A stretch of 64,000 nt of DNA from Candidatus Latescibacterota bacterium (GTDB lineage: Bacteria; Latescibacterota; UBA2968; GCA-2709665). Numbering within the stretch: the first letter of the stretch is position 1; every line of letters begins with the position of its first letter. The stretch lies in assembly GCA_965237675.1 (NCBI GenBank), contig OZ250150.1, forward strand, positions 4,096,001 to 4,160,000, given 5' to 3'. The position numbers and the translations under genes were made by a program. Of this stretch, positions 37,640 through 47,467 are shown piece after piece. A model generated the notes under the pieces. It saw only the letters and a program-made list of their open reading frames with translations, searched no databases and had not been told where the DNA came from.

Positions 37640-39610
37640 TCAACCCCTAGCGTCGCCGCCGCTGACGACCACCGAACTCTCCGCCCCCTGTCGTCCAAAT
37701 GCGTTCACCGGCCGGACAGACAGCCGGCTCCCCGCCGGATTGAACCGCCAGGTGAAGGCCGACGAACTCTCCTGCCACTCGCCGTCGTCGATCCTTGTTT
37801 CAAACCCCTTTAGATTCGCGGTTTCCGTATCCAGCAGGACGTGAAGCTCGTTCGGATCAACGCCCTGCTGCAGATGAATCGCCGCCCGGTTCGGTGTCCA
37901 GTACAGGTCTCCCGGGCGCTCCGTATGCTCGGAGAACCACGGCAACCCGGGCGTGTCTGCGTCCTGCCAGAATAGGTACCGGTTGAAATGATAGGAAATC
38001 TTGCCGTGCTCCGGCTCTCCCGGGCCCATGGTCTCCAATTCGTCGTTCCGAAGGGAAATCATAAAGCGTTCGAACAGTTTCAAGCGTCGGGCTACCTGGA
38101 ATTGCTCAGAAACCGCCGCGGGCGGCTCGGGCACGATCCTAACGTCCTCGTAATCCTGTTCCATCCACGCCCGGTGAGCCTCCAGTGCATTCAGCGGCAC
38201 TCCATTGCGCTCAAAATGGTACGTAAATTTGGACTCGTCGTTGGGATCTCCGCCGACATCCATTGCCACCCATTTGCCGTGCTGGCTCGACCAGACTTCG
38301 TTGATGCAATGTGAACGCATAATTTGAGTACGCGCTGTAAATCCCAGTGCGGCGCTGCAATGCGACATCACGGTGGCGTAGTGCGTACACATTCCGAGGC
38401 TCAGCTTGCGGCTCGCGAGACTGAGAATCATCATGGCGTCCCAGGGAGGGCAGAAATCAATCTCACCCATATTCCAGCCGTTTTCCCATTGCTCCCGCAC
38501 CCACTGCCGCAAATGCAGGAACGCCTCGAACTCAGACCTGGCCGGGCGGATCACATCGTCCAGTTTCCAGCGCTCCCGCAAAATCCGCCCACGTTCCGAA
38601 TCTGCGGGCAGATGGGAAAACCGGTAGGAACTCCGAACCAGCGCCGGGTTGTCGGAATCCACAATCCTCGCCACCGGCGATGTTGCCCGGGCCGTTGCAG
38701 AAAGCGATACCCGTTCCAGCACCGGCGTCGCCGATGGCTTCCTCGTCTGCATGACGATGCGCCATTGGAGAAATCGGACGGGCCCGGCCGGCTCTATCGA
38801 ATCGGATACCGGCGCCCACGCCGTCCAGGTTTTCGGATTGTACGCCGGACACGGCCCGCCCCGCCACTCGAGGGCCGAGGTGCAGCCCGCCGGCATCCGC
38901 GCGTCGGCCGATAGCTGGATATGGGCCACGCTGCCCGTGGCGGCAATCCCACCTTCCGTCACAAGTCCAAGCAAATCCACGGGATCGGAACAGACCTCGC
39001 CGGCATCCGCATATTGATCCAGCCATAGCCGCACCATATATTCCCCGCTGGCACGGTCGTTTGCGCCCATATCTTCCGAACGCCAGGTCTGCCCGCCGTC
39101 TTCGCTGACAGCGCTTCGGCCCGGCTGCACACTCTCTTCAATCAACAACGTCCACGCCGCAGCGTCTACGGCTCTGAAAATCACCTCGTTCTCACCGGGT
39201 CTTAGCCAATCAACGGGTATCTCCAGCGGCCGCCATCGGTCCTCCCAATAGGTCCGCTCCCCGGGCCAGCCGACCCTGAACGAACGACTGTTCACCTCGA
39301 TCTCCAACTCGCCGTCCGTTCTGTCACACAGGAGATATGGGCACAGCAACGCCCGAGATGCACCCAATGCCGGGATTGAGAATATCTTCCTGGCTTGCCG
39401 CAACCCGAGCACGGGCTCCCGATCGTTCAGATTGCAATTGCCCATTTCATCCGCGACCGTAACCCCGCGCCGGAGGCACACGGTGTTCTCCCGAACAGAA
39501 ACACCCCTGCCCGTACATTCCTCGAAATCACCGCCGGAACACCAGACTCTGGTGCCGTGCGCCAATGTCATATCCGTTTCCAGGTCGGAATGGAGAATTG
39601 CGTCGCTCAC
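37640..39610 (-). CDS. Transglutaminase-like domain protein
   Basis: Cys-His-Asp triad pattern GMCTHYA / HCINEVW / WVAMD, with N- and C-terminal beta-rich domains. Confidence 0.7.
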   Translation of the reverse strand: MSDAILHSDLETDMTLAHGTRVWCSGGDFEECTGRGVSVRENTVCLRRGVTVADEMGNCNLNDREPVLGLRQARKIFSIPALGASRALLCPYLLCDRTDGELEIEVNSRSFRVGWPGERTYWEDRWRPLEIPVDWLRPGENEVIFRAVDAAAWTLLIEESVQPGRSAVSEDGGQTWRSEDMGANDRASGEYMVRLWLDQYADAGEVCSDPVDLLGLVTEGGIAATGSVAHIQLSADARMPAGCTSALEWRGGPCPAYNPKTWTAWAPVSDSIEPAGPVRFLQWRIVMQTRKPSATPVLERVSLSATARATSPVARIVDSDNPALVRSSYRFSHLPADSERGRILRERWKLDDVIRPARSEFEAFLHLRQWVREQWENGWNMGEIDFCPPWDAMMILSLASRKLSLGMCTHYATVMSHCSAALGFTARTQIMRSHCINEVWSSQHGKWVAMDVGGDPNDESKFTYHFERNGVPLNALEAHRAWMEQDYEDVRIVPEPPAAVSEQFQVARRLKLFERFMISLRNDELETMGPGEPEHGKISYHFNRYLFWQDADTPGLPWFSEHTERPGDLYWTPNRAAIHLQQGVDPNELHVLLDTETANLKGFETRIDDGEWQESSSAFTWRFNPAGSRLSVRPVNAFGRQGAESSVVVSGGDARG

Positions 39611-39846
39611 GTCGATTCCCTATATTTGGGGACGTCGTTGCGCGTGGGAAATGAAACCGGTCATTCCGGCCACGACGATGTTCGGATACCGTGGCTGACC
39701 GTTTCCTTGAGCACCTTGTATCATCGCCCGAACCGCAATTGACGAATTTCTTATCGGTCTTCAAGCGGAAAGACACTGGAGCGTGGACGGATGAGATCTC
39801 TTTCGATAGAACGACGCCCTCGTTCGACCGAATCGGGGATGAATTG

Positions 39847-41319
39847 ATGCCAATGGGAGACATCGTCCGTATCGGGCACCTCAAGACCGTCGACGCGTTT
39901 CAGAAACGCCTCCAGGCCCTCGGTCTGGAGTTGCCCTGCGACCAGGACATCCTCACCGCGTCCGAATCTCCACTCGCTCAGCCATTTCCGTTCACCCCGG
40001 CTCCCATCGGCAACCGTTTTGCGATCCATCCAATGGAAGGTTGGGACGGCCTTTCCGACGGCAGACCATCGGAAAACACCTTCCGCCGCTGGCGTCGTTT
40101 CGGTCTCAGCGGCGCAAAACTCATCTGGGGAGGCGAAGCGATCGCCGTTCGGCCCGAAGGACGTGCAAACCCCAATCAGTTATATGCCGCGGACCATACC
40201 CGAAGCGGCATCAGCGAGCTGCTGGACACGCTTCGGACATCCCACCAGCGGCACGTTGGCGACACGGACGACCTTTTGGTTGGGCTGCAACTGACCCACT
40301 CAGGGCGGTTCTGCCGGCCCAACCACAAGCGCAAGATGGAACCGCGGATTCTCTATCATCATCCCATCCTCGACCGGAAATTCGGCGTGGACCCGAATCA
40401 CCCCGTGATGTCAGATGGCGAGATACGTTCCATTATCGACGACTACGTGAGGGCAGCCCGAATCGCTTCCGATTCGGGTTACCATTTTGTTGACATCAAA
40501 CATTGCCACGGGTATCTGGGCCACGAATTCCTGAGCGCCGTCAACCGCAACGGTCCTTTTGGCGGTACGTTTGAGAACCGGACGCGCTTCCTTCGCGAAA
40601 TTGTGCAGGGCATCCGATCCGTTGCTCCGCGTCTCCATATCGGCGTACGGCTGAGCGCCTTCGACTTTGTTCCGTTCCGGCCGGATCCGGAACGGTCTGA
40701 GGGTCGCAAACAGGGCCCGGGCATTCCGGAAGATTTCCGCCACTGTCTGCCATATACATTCGGCTTTGGCGCCAACCCGTCCAACCCCGTCGTTCCGGAC
40801 CTCACCGAACCCCATCAGTTTCTCGATTTACTCGAAAGCCTGGATATCCGGCTTGTCAATTTATCAGCCGGCAGCCCGTATTACACCCCCCACATTCAAC
40901 GCCCCGCGTATTATCCCCCTTCAGATGGGTACCAACCGCCTGAAGACCCTCTGGTGGACGTCGCGCGCCAGATCGAGGTCGTCCGGCGGATCAAAAAGCG
41001 GCATCCCAACCTGATTGTCGTGGGTACGGCATATTCTTACCTTCAGGAGTTCCTGCCGCACGTCGCACAAGCACTCGTACGTGCGAGGCAGGTCGACTTC
41101 ATCGGTCTGGGCAGGATGGTCCTTTCGTACCCGCAACTTCCTCTGGACGTGCTCAAAAACGGAAAATTAAACACCCGGGTCATCTGCCGAACGTTCAGCG
41201 ATTGCACCACCGCACCGAGGAACGGTCTGATATCGGGTTGTTTCCCGCTGGATACACATTACAAAAAAACACCTGAAGCAAATCGCCTCAGGGAAATTAA
41301 GAAAGCCGTCCGTACCTAG
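39847..41319 (+). CDS. NADH:flavin oxidoreductase (old yellow enzyme family)
   Basis: [52 protein letters not shown]. Start uncertain; the ORF is open from 39691. Confidence 0.88.
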   Translation: MPMGDIVRIGHLKTVDAFQKRLQALGLELPCDQDILTASESPLAQPFPFTPAPIGNRFAIHPMEGWDGLSDGRPSENTFRRWRRFGLSGAKLIWGGEAIAVRPEGRANPNQLYAADHTRSGISELLDTLRTSHQRHVGDTDDLLVGLQLTHSGRFCRPNHKRKMEPRILYHHPILDRKFGVDPNHPVMSDGEIRSIIDDYVRAARIASDSGYHFVDIKHCHGYLGHEFLSAVNRNGPFGGTFENRTRFLREIVQGIRSVAPRLHIGVRLSAFDFVPFRPDPERSEGRKQGPGIPEDFRHCLPYTFGFGANPSNPVVPDLTEPHQFLDLLESLDIRLVNLSAGSPYYTPHIQRPAYYPPSDGYQPPEDPLVDVARQIEVVRRIKKRHPNLIVVGTAYSYLQEFLPHVAQALVRARQVDFIGLGRMVLSYPQLPLDVLKNGKLNTRVICRTFSDCTTAPRNGLISGCFPLDTHYKKTPEANRLREIKKAVRT

Positions 41320-41363
41320 CAAGGAGAAAGCGGCGTGCCGTGTTCGAGCCGCGCCGGATGCGA

Positions 41364-42173
41364 TCAACCCGCTTCCAGATCCTTGACTGGCGCGAGTTTG
41401 AGTACGAAGACCTCCTCCAGATTGAAAAAATCGACGCTGGGCATCAACCGGACGTCCCTGAAAAGCGCCTGATCTTCTTCGCCCACCTGGGTTACAGCGC
41501 CTATTAAGAGGCCCTTGGGAAACATACCGCCCAAGCCCGACGAAACAATTCGATCGCCCACCGCCACTTCGCTGCGTACCGACACGTGCCTCAGAAAAAA
41601 GCTGCCGTTTTCGCACGTCACAATTCCGGACGTCCGTTCATTACGCTGCACGATCGCACTTACCCTGCAATTGCGGTCCAGCAACAACTGAACCACGGCA
41701 GTACGCGGGTGGACTTCCAGGACACGTCCAACGAGCCCGTCCGCGGTTACCACCGGCATGCGTTTCGCCACTCCGTCCGCCGCACCCAAATCCAGGAGCA
41801 CGGTATTCAGCACGCGGTTGGGATCTCTGGCGACTACCTTAGCCACCAGATAGGTGCCTTCGGCATGCGATCGAAAATCGAGTAACTCGCGAAGTCGAAG
41901 ATTCTCCATCCGCGCTTCCCGGAGTTCCAGCAACTCGAGTGAGATGCGCAGATTCTGTTCCCGCAAGATTTGATTTTCGTGGCGCAGCCCGGATAGTTCC
42001 ATCGGCCACGTGAACAATCCGTGTCCGGCTTTCAGCAGGCCGGTGGCAATACCGCTTGCCAATGCGACCGCATCGGATTTACCGAGCGCCATTAGACTCA
42101 GCGATCCGAGGACGGCAACGCTCAGCACAACATAAGCGCGGTGACCACGTATAAAACCATACAGCCACTGCAT
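41364..42173 (-). CDS. mreC: Rod shape-determining protein MreC
   Basis: TM segment plus coiled coil (ENLRLRELL), GLVGRV, SSGLGGMFPKG; follows mreB. Confidence 0.93.
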   Translation of the reverse strand: MQWLYGFIRGHRAYVVLSVAVLGSLSLMALGKSDAVALASGIATGLLKAGHGLFTWPMELSGLRHENQILREQNLRISLELLELREARMENLRLRELLDFRSHAEGTYLVAKVVARDPNRVLNTVLLDLGAADGVAKRMPVVTADGLVGRVLEVHPRTAVVQLLLDRNCRVSAIVQRNERTSGIVTCENGSFFLRHVSVRSEVAVGDRIVSSGLGGMFPKGLLIGAVTQVGEEDQALFRDVRLMPSVDFFNLEEVFVLKLAPVKDLEAG

Positions 42174-42195
42174 CGGTTGTCCAAACCCCTATCTG

Positions 42196-43215
42196 TTACA
42201 ATAGCAACTTCTGGTATTGGTCGATATTCTCGAGAACGCGCCCGGTGCCGCGTACAACACAGGTGAGCGGGTCATCTGCCACAATCACCGGCAAGCCTGT
42301 TTCCTCCATCAGCCTGTGGTCCAATCCGCGCAGCAATGCCCCTCCACCGGTCATAATGATGCCACGGTCGAGAATATCGGCAGCGAGTTCAGGCGGTGTA
42401 TGCTCCAGGGTCTGCCGCACCGCCTCCAGAATGGAATTCACCGTCGCGTTGAGCGCCTCCCGAATTTCCACCGAATCGACGATAATGGTTTTAGGGATGA
42501 AGTTGATCGTATCCAAACCCCGGCAAGGATGCTGGAATTCGCTATCCAGTTTCCCGGCAGAACCGATTTCACATTTGATCTGCTCCGCGCTCCGTTCTCC
42601 TACAAGAAGGTTGTGTTTGCGTCTAAGCATCGTGACAATGGCCTGGTTCATCCCGTCGCCCGCAATTTTGATTGACCTCGAGGTTACGATGCCCGACAGG
42701 GCAATTACTGCAATCTCGGTGGTACCGCCACCGATGTCAATCACCATGGACCCCACTGCCTCTTCCACGGGCAGGCCGATCCCGATGGCGGCGGCCATGG
42801 GTTCCTTGATGATATACACCTCACGAGCGCCCGCCCGCTCCGCGGATTCTCTGACGGCCCGCATTTCGACGGCGGTCACCCCCGAAGGCACGCATATCAC
42901 AATTCGCGGACGTACGAGCAGCTTGTTCTTTTGAACCTTCCGAATGAAGTGTCGAAGCATCTCTTCGGTCACATCGAAATCGGCAATGACTCCGTTCCGG
43001 AGTGGACGTATGACTTCGATATCCGGGTTCTGGCGCCCCATCATCTGCTTCGCACGGGAACCGATGGCCAGCGGTATGTGTGAATTGCGATCCAGTGCCA
43101 CCACCGATGGCTCATCAACGACGATATTCTCTCCTTTGACATAAACCAGGGTATTGGCCGTACCCAGATCGATACCAATGTCATTGGAAAGCAGTCTGGA
43201 AAGAAAAAATGCCAT
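42196..43215 (-). CDS. mreB: Rod shape-determining protein MreB
   Basis: IGIDLGTANT, EPMAAAIG, DIGGGTTE, TPPEL, GGGALL. Confidence 0.98.
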   Translation of the reverse strand: MAFFLSRLLSNDIGIDLGTANTLVYVKGENIVVDEPSVVALDRNSHIPLAIGSRAKQMMGRQNPDIEVIRPLRNGVIADFDVTEEMLRHFIRKVQKNKLLVRPRIVICVPSGVTAVEMRAVRESAERAGAREVYIIKEPMAAAIGIGLPVEEAVGSMVIDIGGGTTEIAVIALSGIVTSRSIKIAGDGMNQAIVTMLRRKHNLLVGERSAEQIKCEIGSAGKLDSEFQHPCRGLDTINFIPKTIIVDSVEIREALNATVNSILEAVRQTLEHTPPELAADILDRGIIMTGGGALLRGLDHRLMEETGLPVIVADDPLTCVVRGTGRVLENIDQYQKLLL

Positions 43216-43236
43216 AATTAACCAGTTCCTAACGGG

Positions 43237-44115
43237 TTAGACAAGTAATCGATCTCGAACGTCGCAATACTTGTCCAGGGTCCTCTCCACAATCTCGTCC
43301 GGCAACTCCGGCGAGGGGGGCGTTTTGTCCCAATCCAGGGTCTCCAGATAGTCGCGGACAAACTGCTTGTCGAAACTGTCCTGCGAGCGGCCCGCTGCAT
43401 AGCGCTCCTGGTCCCAGAAACGCGAGGAATCCGGCGAAAGGATCTCGTCGATCAGAATCACCTCACCGTCCCGAAGGCCGAATTCAAACTTGGTATCGGC
43501 AATTACAATACCCTTGCCCTCCGCAAAAGCACGGGCGGCGTCGTAGATCTCCAGCGTTAAATCCCGCAACCGGGACGCCAGGCCCGGCTCCACCACCTCG
43601 CACATCTGTTCGAATGAGATGTTTTCGTCGTGACCGGTGGTGGCTTTCGTGGCAGGGGTAAAGATCGGCCGATCCAGTCGGCTGGACTCCTCGAGCCCGT
43701 CGGGCAACTGTACCCCGCATACGGCGCCGGTCTCTTTGTAATCCTTCCATCCGGACCCGGCCAGGTACCCCCGGGCCACACATTCGATATCCACCCGGTC
43801 GGCCTTCACCACCAGCATCGACCGCGATTCAAGCTGGTCTCGAAAAGCATGCAACTCGGAAGGATACTCGTCTACGTTCGCTGTAATCAAATGATGGTTG
43901 ACCAGGTGAGCGAGTTTCTCGAACCAAAAGAGAGACATCTGTGTCAGGATGGCGCCCTTACCGGGAATACCGTTGGGCATGACACAATCAAACGCCGAAA
44001 TTCGATCCGTCGCCACAATTAAAAGTCGATCTTCCAAATCGTAGACATCGCGGACCTTACCCCTGGCGAACAGGGGCACGCCATCCAGCCTGGTCTCCGT
44101 CAACGCCGCCGCCAT
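43237..44115 (-). CDS. purC: SAICAR synthase
   Basis: GKVRDVY, TDRISAFD, RGYLAGSG, DTKFEFG, PDSSRFW, DKQFVR. Confidence 0.97.
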   Translation of the reverse strand: MAAALTETRLDGVPLFARGKVRDVYDLEDRLLIVATDRISAFDCVMPNGIPGKGAILTQMSLFWFEKLAHLVNHHLITANVDEYPSELHAFRDQLESRSMLVVKADRVDIECVARGYLAGSGWKDYKETGAVCGVQLPDGLEESSRLDRPIFTPATKATTGHDENISFEQMCEVVEPGLASRLRDLTLEIYDAARAFAEGKGIVIADTKFEFGLRDGEVILIDEILSPDSSRFWDQERYAAGRSQDSFDKQFVRDYLETLDWDKTPPSPELPDEIVERTLDKYCDVRDRLLV

Positions 44116-44189
44116 GGACGCATGACCTCCTCAAGTGTCGTGTCCCGGAAATGTGTCACCATTCGGCAATCTGTTTTCGGGACAGAACA

Positions 44190-44834
44190 CTAGTTTAGAA
44201 TTCGAACCTCCCGGCCATCGACGCGAATTTTTCCTTCCGCGAACAAGCCAATCGCTTCGGCATACAACTCGTGCTCCACGGCCAGTACCTTTCTTGCGAG
44301 GGAATCGGGTGTATCTTCGGGTGCAACGCGGACCCTTCGCTGCAGAATGATTGGACCGGTGTCGTATTCCTCATCCACGAGATGAACGGTCGCACCGGAA
44401 ATCGCCGCGCCACTCCGGACGACGGCTTCGTGGATACGGCGCCCGTACATACCCTTGCCGCCGAATGCGGGCAGGAGTGCGGGATGAATATTGAGGATAC
44501 GGTCTCTATAGACCTTGAGCGTCACGGGGCCAAGTTTCTTCATATATCCGGCCAGAACCACGAGGTCGACGCCGTGGGACCTGAGCGTTTCCGCGATAGA
44601 CCGGTCGAGTACGCCGGGTTTCGGGTGCGTCCAGCCGCTCAGATGAAAAACGGGCACCCCCGCGCGTCGGGCGTGCGCCAGCGCGCCCGACTGGCTGTTG
44701 TTGCCGATTACGACGCCCACACGCGCCCGAAGCCGGCCCGAATCGCTTCGGTCGAGTATCGCCTGTAGATTGGTTCCCCCTCCCGAGGCCAGCACACCCA
44801 GGCAATAAACATCATTCCGTCCAGACAGGTTCAT
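44190..44834 (-). CDS. purN: Phosphoribosylglycinamide formyltransferase
   Basis: ASGGGTNLQA, LAGYMK, NIHPALLP, GATVH.VDEEYDTGPI, EH. Confidence 0.96.
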   Translation of the reverse strand: MNLSGRNDVYCLGVLASGGGTNLQAILDRSDSGRLRARVGVVIGNNSQSGALAHARRAGVPVFHLSGWTHPKPGVLDRSIAETLRSHGVDLVVLAGYMKKLGPVTLKVYRDRILNIHPALLPAFGGKGMYGRRIHEAVVRSGAAISGATVHLVDEEYDTGPIILQRRVRVAPEDTPDSLARKVLAVEHELYAEAIGLFAEGKIRVDGREVRILN

Positions 44835-45134
44835 TATTCCACGATTCAACCCGGGGATTCGTTCCGATGATTGACGCTGCAACAGCTAATTCGGCGGGGA
44901 ATATGTAGAAACGGGGGAAAACACCCGTCGAGAAGAATGGCGGCGGGACTGAGAGGCAAACGACTCGGCCAACTCAAAATAACCCATTGCAAACCCAATG
45001 TCAAGCGCTTTGCAAACCACGTCCAGGCGACGCGACAGACAAAATCCACTTGACAAAAATGCAACATCGTTCCTTATTTAAACCGATATATGATAAGTAC
45101 TTACTCATTTGGAGTACCGCAACGGAGGTTGTCT

Positions 45135-46031
45135 TTGAAGATTCGCAAGGCGGTGATCGCGGCGGCCGGGCACGGCAGCCGGATGTTGCCGGCCACAAAA
45201 GCCATGCCCAAAGAGATGCTCCCTGTCGTAGACAAACCGGCCATACAGTACATCATCGAAGAACTCGTAGAAGCCGGCATCGAAGACATTCTGATCATCA
45301 CGGGAAGAGGCAAACAAGCCATAGAAGACCACTTTGACCGCAATGTCGAAATCCACAACGCCCTGGAAAATCGGGAAGACCGCGCGATGCTACAAACCCT
45401 CGAACGCATCGAGCAGCTTGCCGACATCCACTATCTCCGACAGAAAGAACTCCTCGGAACCGGCCACGCCATTCTTAAGGCGCGAAAACATGTCGGCGAC
45501 GAGCCGTTTGCGGTCCTGTTCGGAGACGACCTGGTGGTGTCGGAACACCCGTGCATCGGACAACTGGTGGACATGTACGACAAATTCGGCGCGTCGATTC
45601 TGGCGGTTAAAGAGGTGGCCCCTGAGCGTGTCGGCAGCTACGGCGTGATCCGGGTTGAATCCGTCAACGGGGTCAATCTCGTGAAGGGCCTTGTGGAAAA
45701 GCCCGAGCCGGCACTGGCACCCTCAAATCTGGCTAGCCTGGGCCGGTATATCTTCGAACCCCAGATCTTCGATTTTCTGGATCGCATCACCCCGGCGGAA
45801 AACGGTGAGTACCAGCTCACCGACGCCATTCAGTTGATGATTCAATCCCGTCCCGTGTACGCGTGCGCAATTGAAGGCGATTGGTACACCGTTGGCGACC
45901 TGCTCTCGTACCTGAGAACAACGGTTGCATTTGCCCTCGAGCACACCACTATCGGCGATTCTTTCCGGGAATATCTGAAAACAACCTGTCAATCCCTTTT
46001 TGCGGATACTGAGAATTCGCGCCGCGGCTGA
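45135..46031 (+). CDS. galU: UTP--glucose-1-phosphate uridylyltransferase
   Basis: AAG.GSRMLPATK.MPKEMLPVVDKP, LGTGHA, VEKP, GEYQLTDA; TTG start after GGAGG. Confidence 0.95.
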   Translation: MKIRKAVIAAAGHGSRMLPATKAMPKEMLPVVDKPAIQYIIEELVEAGIEDILIITGRGKQAIEDHFDRNVEIHNALENREDRAMLQTLERIEQLADIHYLRQKELLGTGHAILKARKHVGDEPFAVLFGDDLVVSEHPCIGQLVDMYDKFGASILAVKEVAPERVGSYGVIRVESVNGVNLVKGLVEKPEPALAPSNLASLGRYIFEPQIFDFLDRITPAENGEYQLTDAIQLMIQSRPVYACAIEGDWYTVGDLLSYLRTTVAFALEHTTIGDSFREYLKTTCQSLFADTENSRRG

Positions 46032-46037
46032 TCGGGC

Positions 46038-46706
46038 CTACACCCGAGCAAGAATGCCCTCGAAGTCCTCCAGAATCGTGTCCACGCGGTCGACAATTGC
46101 GCGCTCCTGCCTGGCGATCCATTCCTTATCGTTCCTGCTGAGCATCCCACGCTCTTCGAAAGCTTCAAGTTCATCCCGATCGAGAACCGTGAGCCGACCT
46201 TTCGAATCGAACCAGAGGTCCAGCATCAGGTCCTGGTAATCCACGTGCTGATCGCCCACCTCCAGATCCTTGCAGACGTGGAAGAGATGACCCCTCAGCC
46301 GGCCGTCCGGACCGTACATTCTCCATAGTACATAACCGGCCGCGTGCCGATAGTAGCCGTACGTAACGGACCCGCTTCCAAACACCATATTGCCCACCCT
46401 TCCGGGCCGTGGATTCACATATTTGAGCACCACGCAACCGGGCATCCGCACGACGGGTTCACATTCAAAAACGGCTTCCGGCTTGTCCAGATGGCGCTTC
46501 ACCTCCCGAAAGCTCATCAGGTAAACGATCGGGTTATCAGATAACAGAACAGCATCGTGGTACTTGCCACGAGCCAACATGCCCATTGAAGCAGTTTCGC
46601 GCGTCGTCCCGCCATACCCGAAGAAATGGACTGGCCAAGATAACAGAGCACGAACACCAGCGAAATTCCGATTCCCCAAATTGTAATCAAGATACGCCCT
46701 CCTCAT
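46038..46706 (-). CDS. DUF402 family protein (FomD-like nucleotide phosphatase fold)
   Basis: DYQDLMLDLW..VLDRDE motif; ATGA overlap with the pcm stop. Confidence 0.7.
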   Translation of the reverse strand: MRRAYLDYNLGNRNFAGVRALLSWPVHFFGYGGTTRETASMGMLARGKYHDAVLLSDNPIVYLMSFREVKRHLDKPEAVFECEPVVRMPGCVVLKYVNPRPGRVGNMVFGSGSVTYGYYRHAAGYVLWRMYGPDGRLRGHLFHVCKDLEVGDQHVDYQDLMLDLWFDSKGRLTVLDRDELEAFEERGMLSRNDKEWIARQERAIVDRVDTILEDFEGILARV

Positions 46707-47446
46707 TCCAGTTCCTGTGCCTCTCCCGTCATCGGTACAAACCGCACGGGAATAACCCGTTCTTCCTTTACGCCATCCCTATCTTTCACAAGTAGCGTCA
46801 GATGTTGATTGACAGTGCCGACCGGTATCACCATGCGCCCGCCTTCCCGAAGCTGTTCGACAAGCTTCGGTGGAACATGATCTGGCGCCGCGGTTACGAT
46901 GACGGCATCGAACGGCGCGTGTTCCTGCCAACCCCGGTATCCGTCTCCGAGTCGGACCCTGATGTTGTCGTATCCCAACCGTTCGAGTCGTTCCTCGGCC
47001 TGGCGAGCGAGCGACGGCACGATCTCAATGGTATACACCTCACGTACGAGCCTTCCCAGGACGGCCGCCTGATAACCCGAGCCGGTTCCCACCTCGAGCA
47101 CCTTTTCGTCGCCTTTCAGGTCCAGCAATTCGGTCATCTTCGCCACAATATACGGCTGGGATATTGTCTGGTCTTCGCCAATGGGCAACGCTCCGTCGTC
47201 GTATGCGCGCTCTTTGAGGTGCGCGGGGACAAACAGGTGTCGCGGCACAGCCAGCAGTGCGTTGAGCACGCTCCGCTCTTTGATTCCACGTCGTTCGATT
47301 TGTACTCTTATCATCTTTTTGCGCATTATGAAAAATCGCGCCTCCTCATCCACCGACATCCGTTGCCCGTCTGTCGAATCCGCGCTACACCCGGCGCAGA
47401 GCGCCAGCCATAGCACCGGAAACGTGGCGCCGCGTAAGCGATCCAT
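46703..47446 (-). CDS. pcm: Protein-L-isoaspartate O-methyltransferase with lipoprotein-like signal
   Basis: VPRHLFVP, QTISQPY, LEVGTGSGYQAA, GDGY.GW..APFD, VRFVPM; N-terminus VLWLALCAGC. Confidence 0.93.
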   Translation of the reverse strand: MDRLRGATFPVLWLALCAGCSADSTDGQRMSVDEEARFFIMRKKMIRVQIERRGIKERSVLNALLAVPRHLFVPAHLKERAYDDGALPIGEDQTISQPYIVAKMTELLDLKGDEKVLEVGTGSGYQAAVLGRLVREVYTIEIVPSLARQAEERLERLGYDNIRVRLGDGYRGWQEHAPFDAVIVTAAPDHVPPKLVEQLREGGRMVIPVGTVNQHLTLLVKDRDGVKEERVIPVRFVPMTGEAQELE

Positions 47447-47467
47447 GGTCCATGGCCTCCATGTGAA

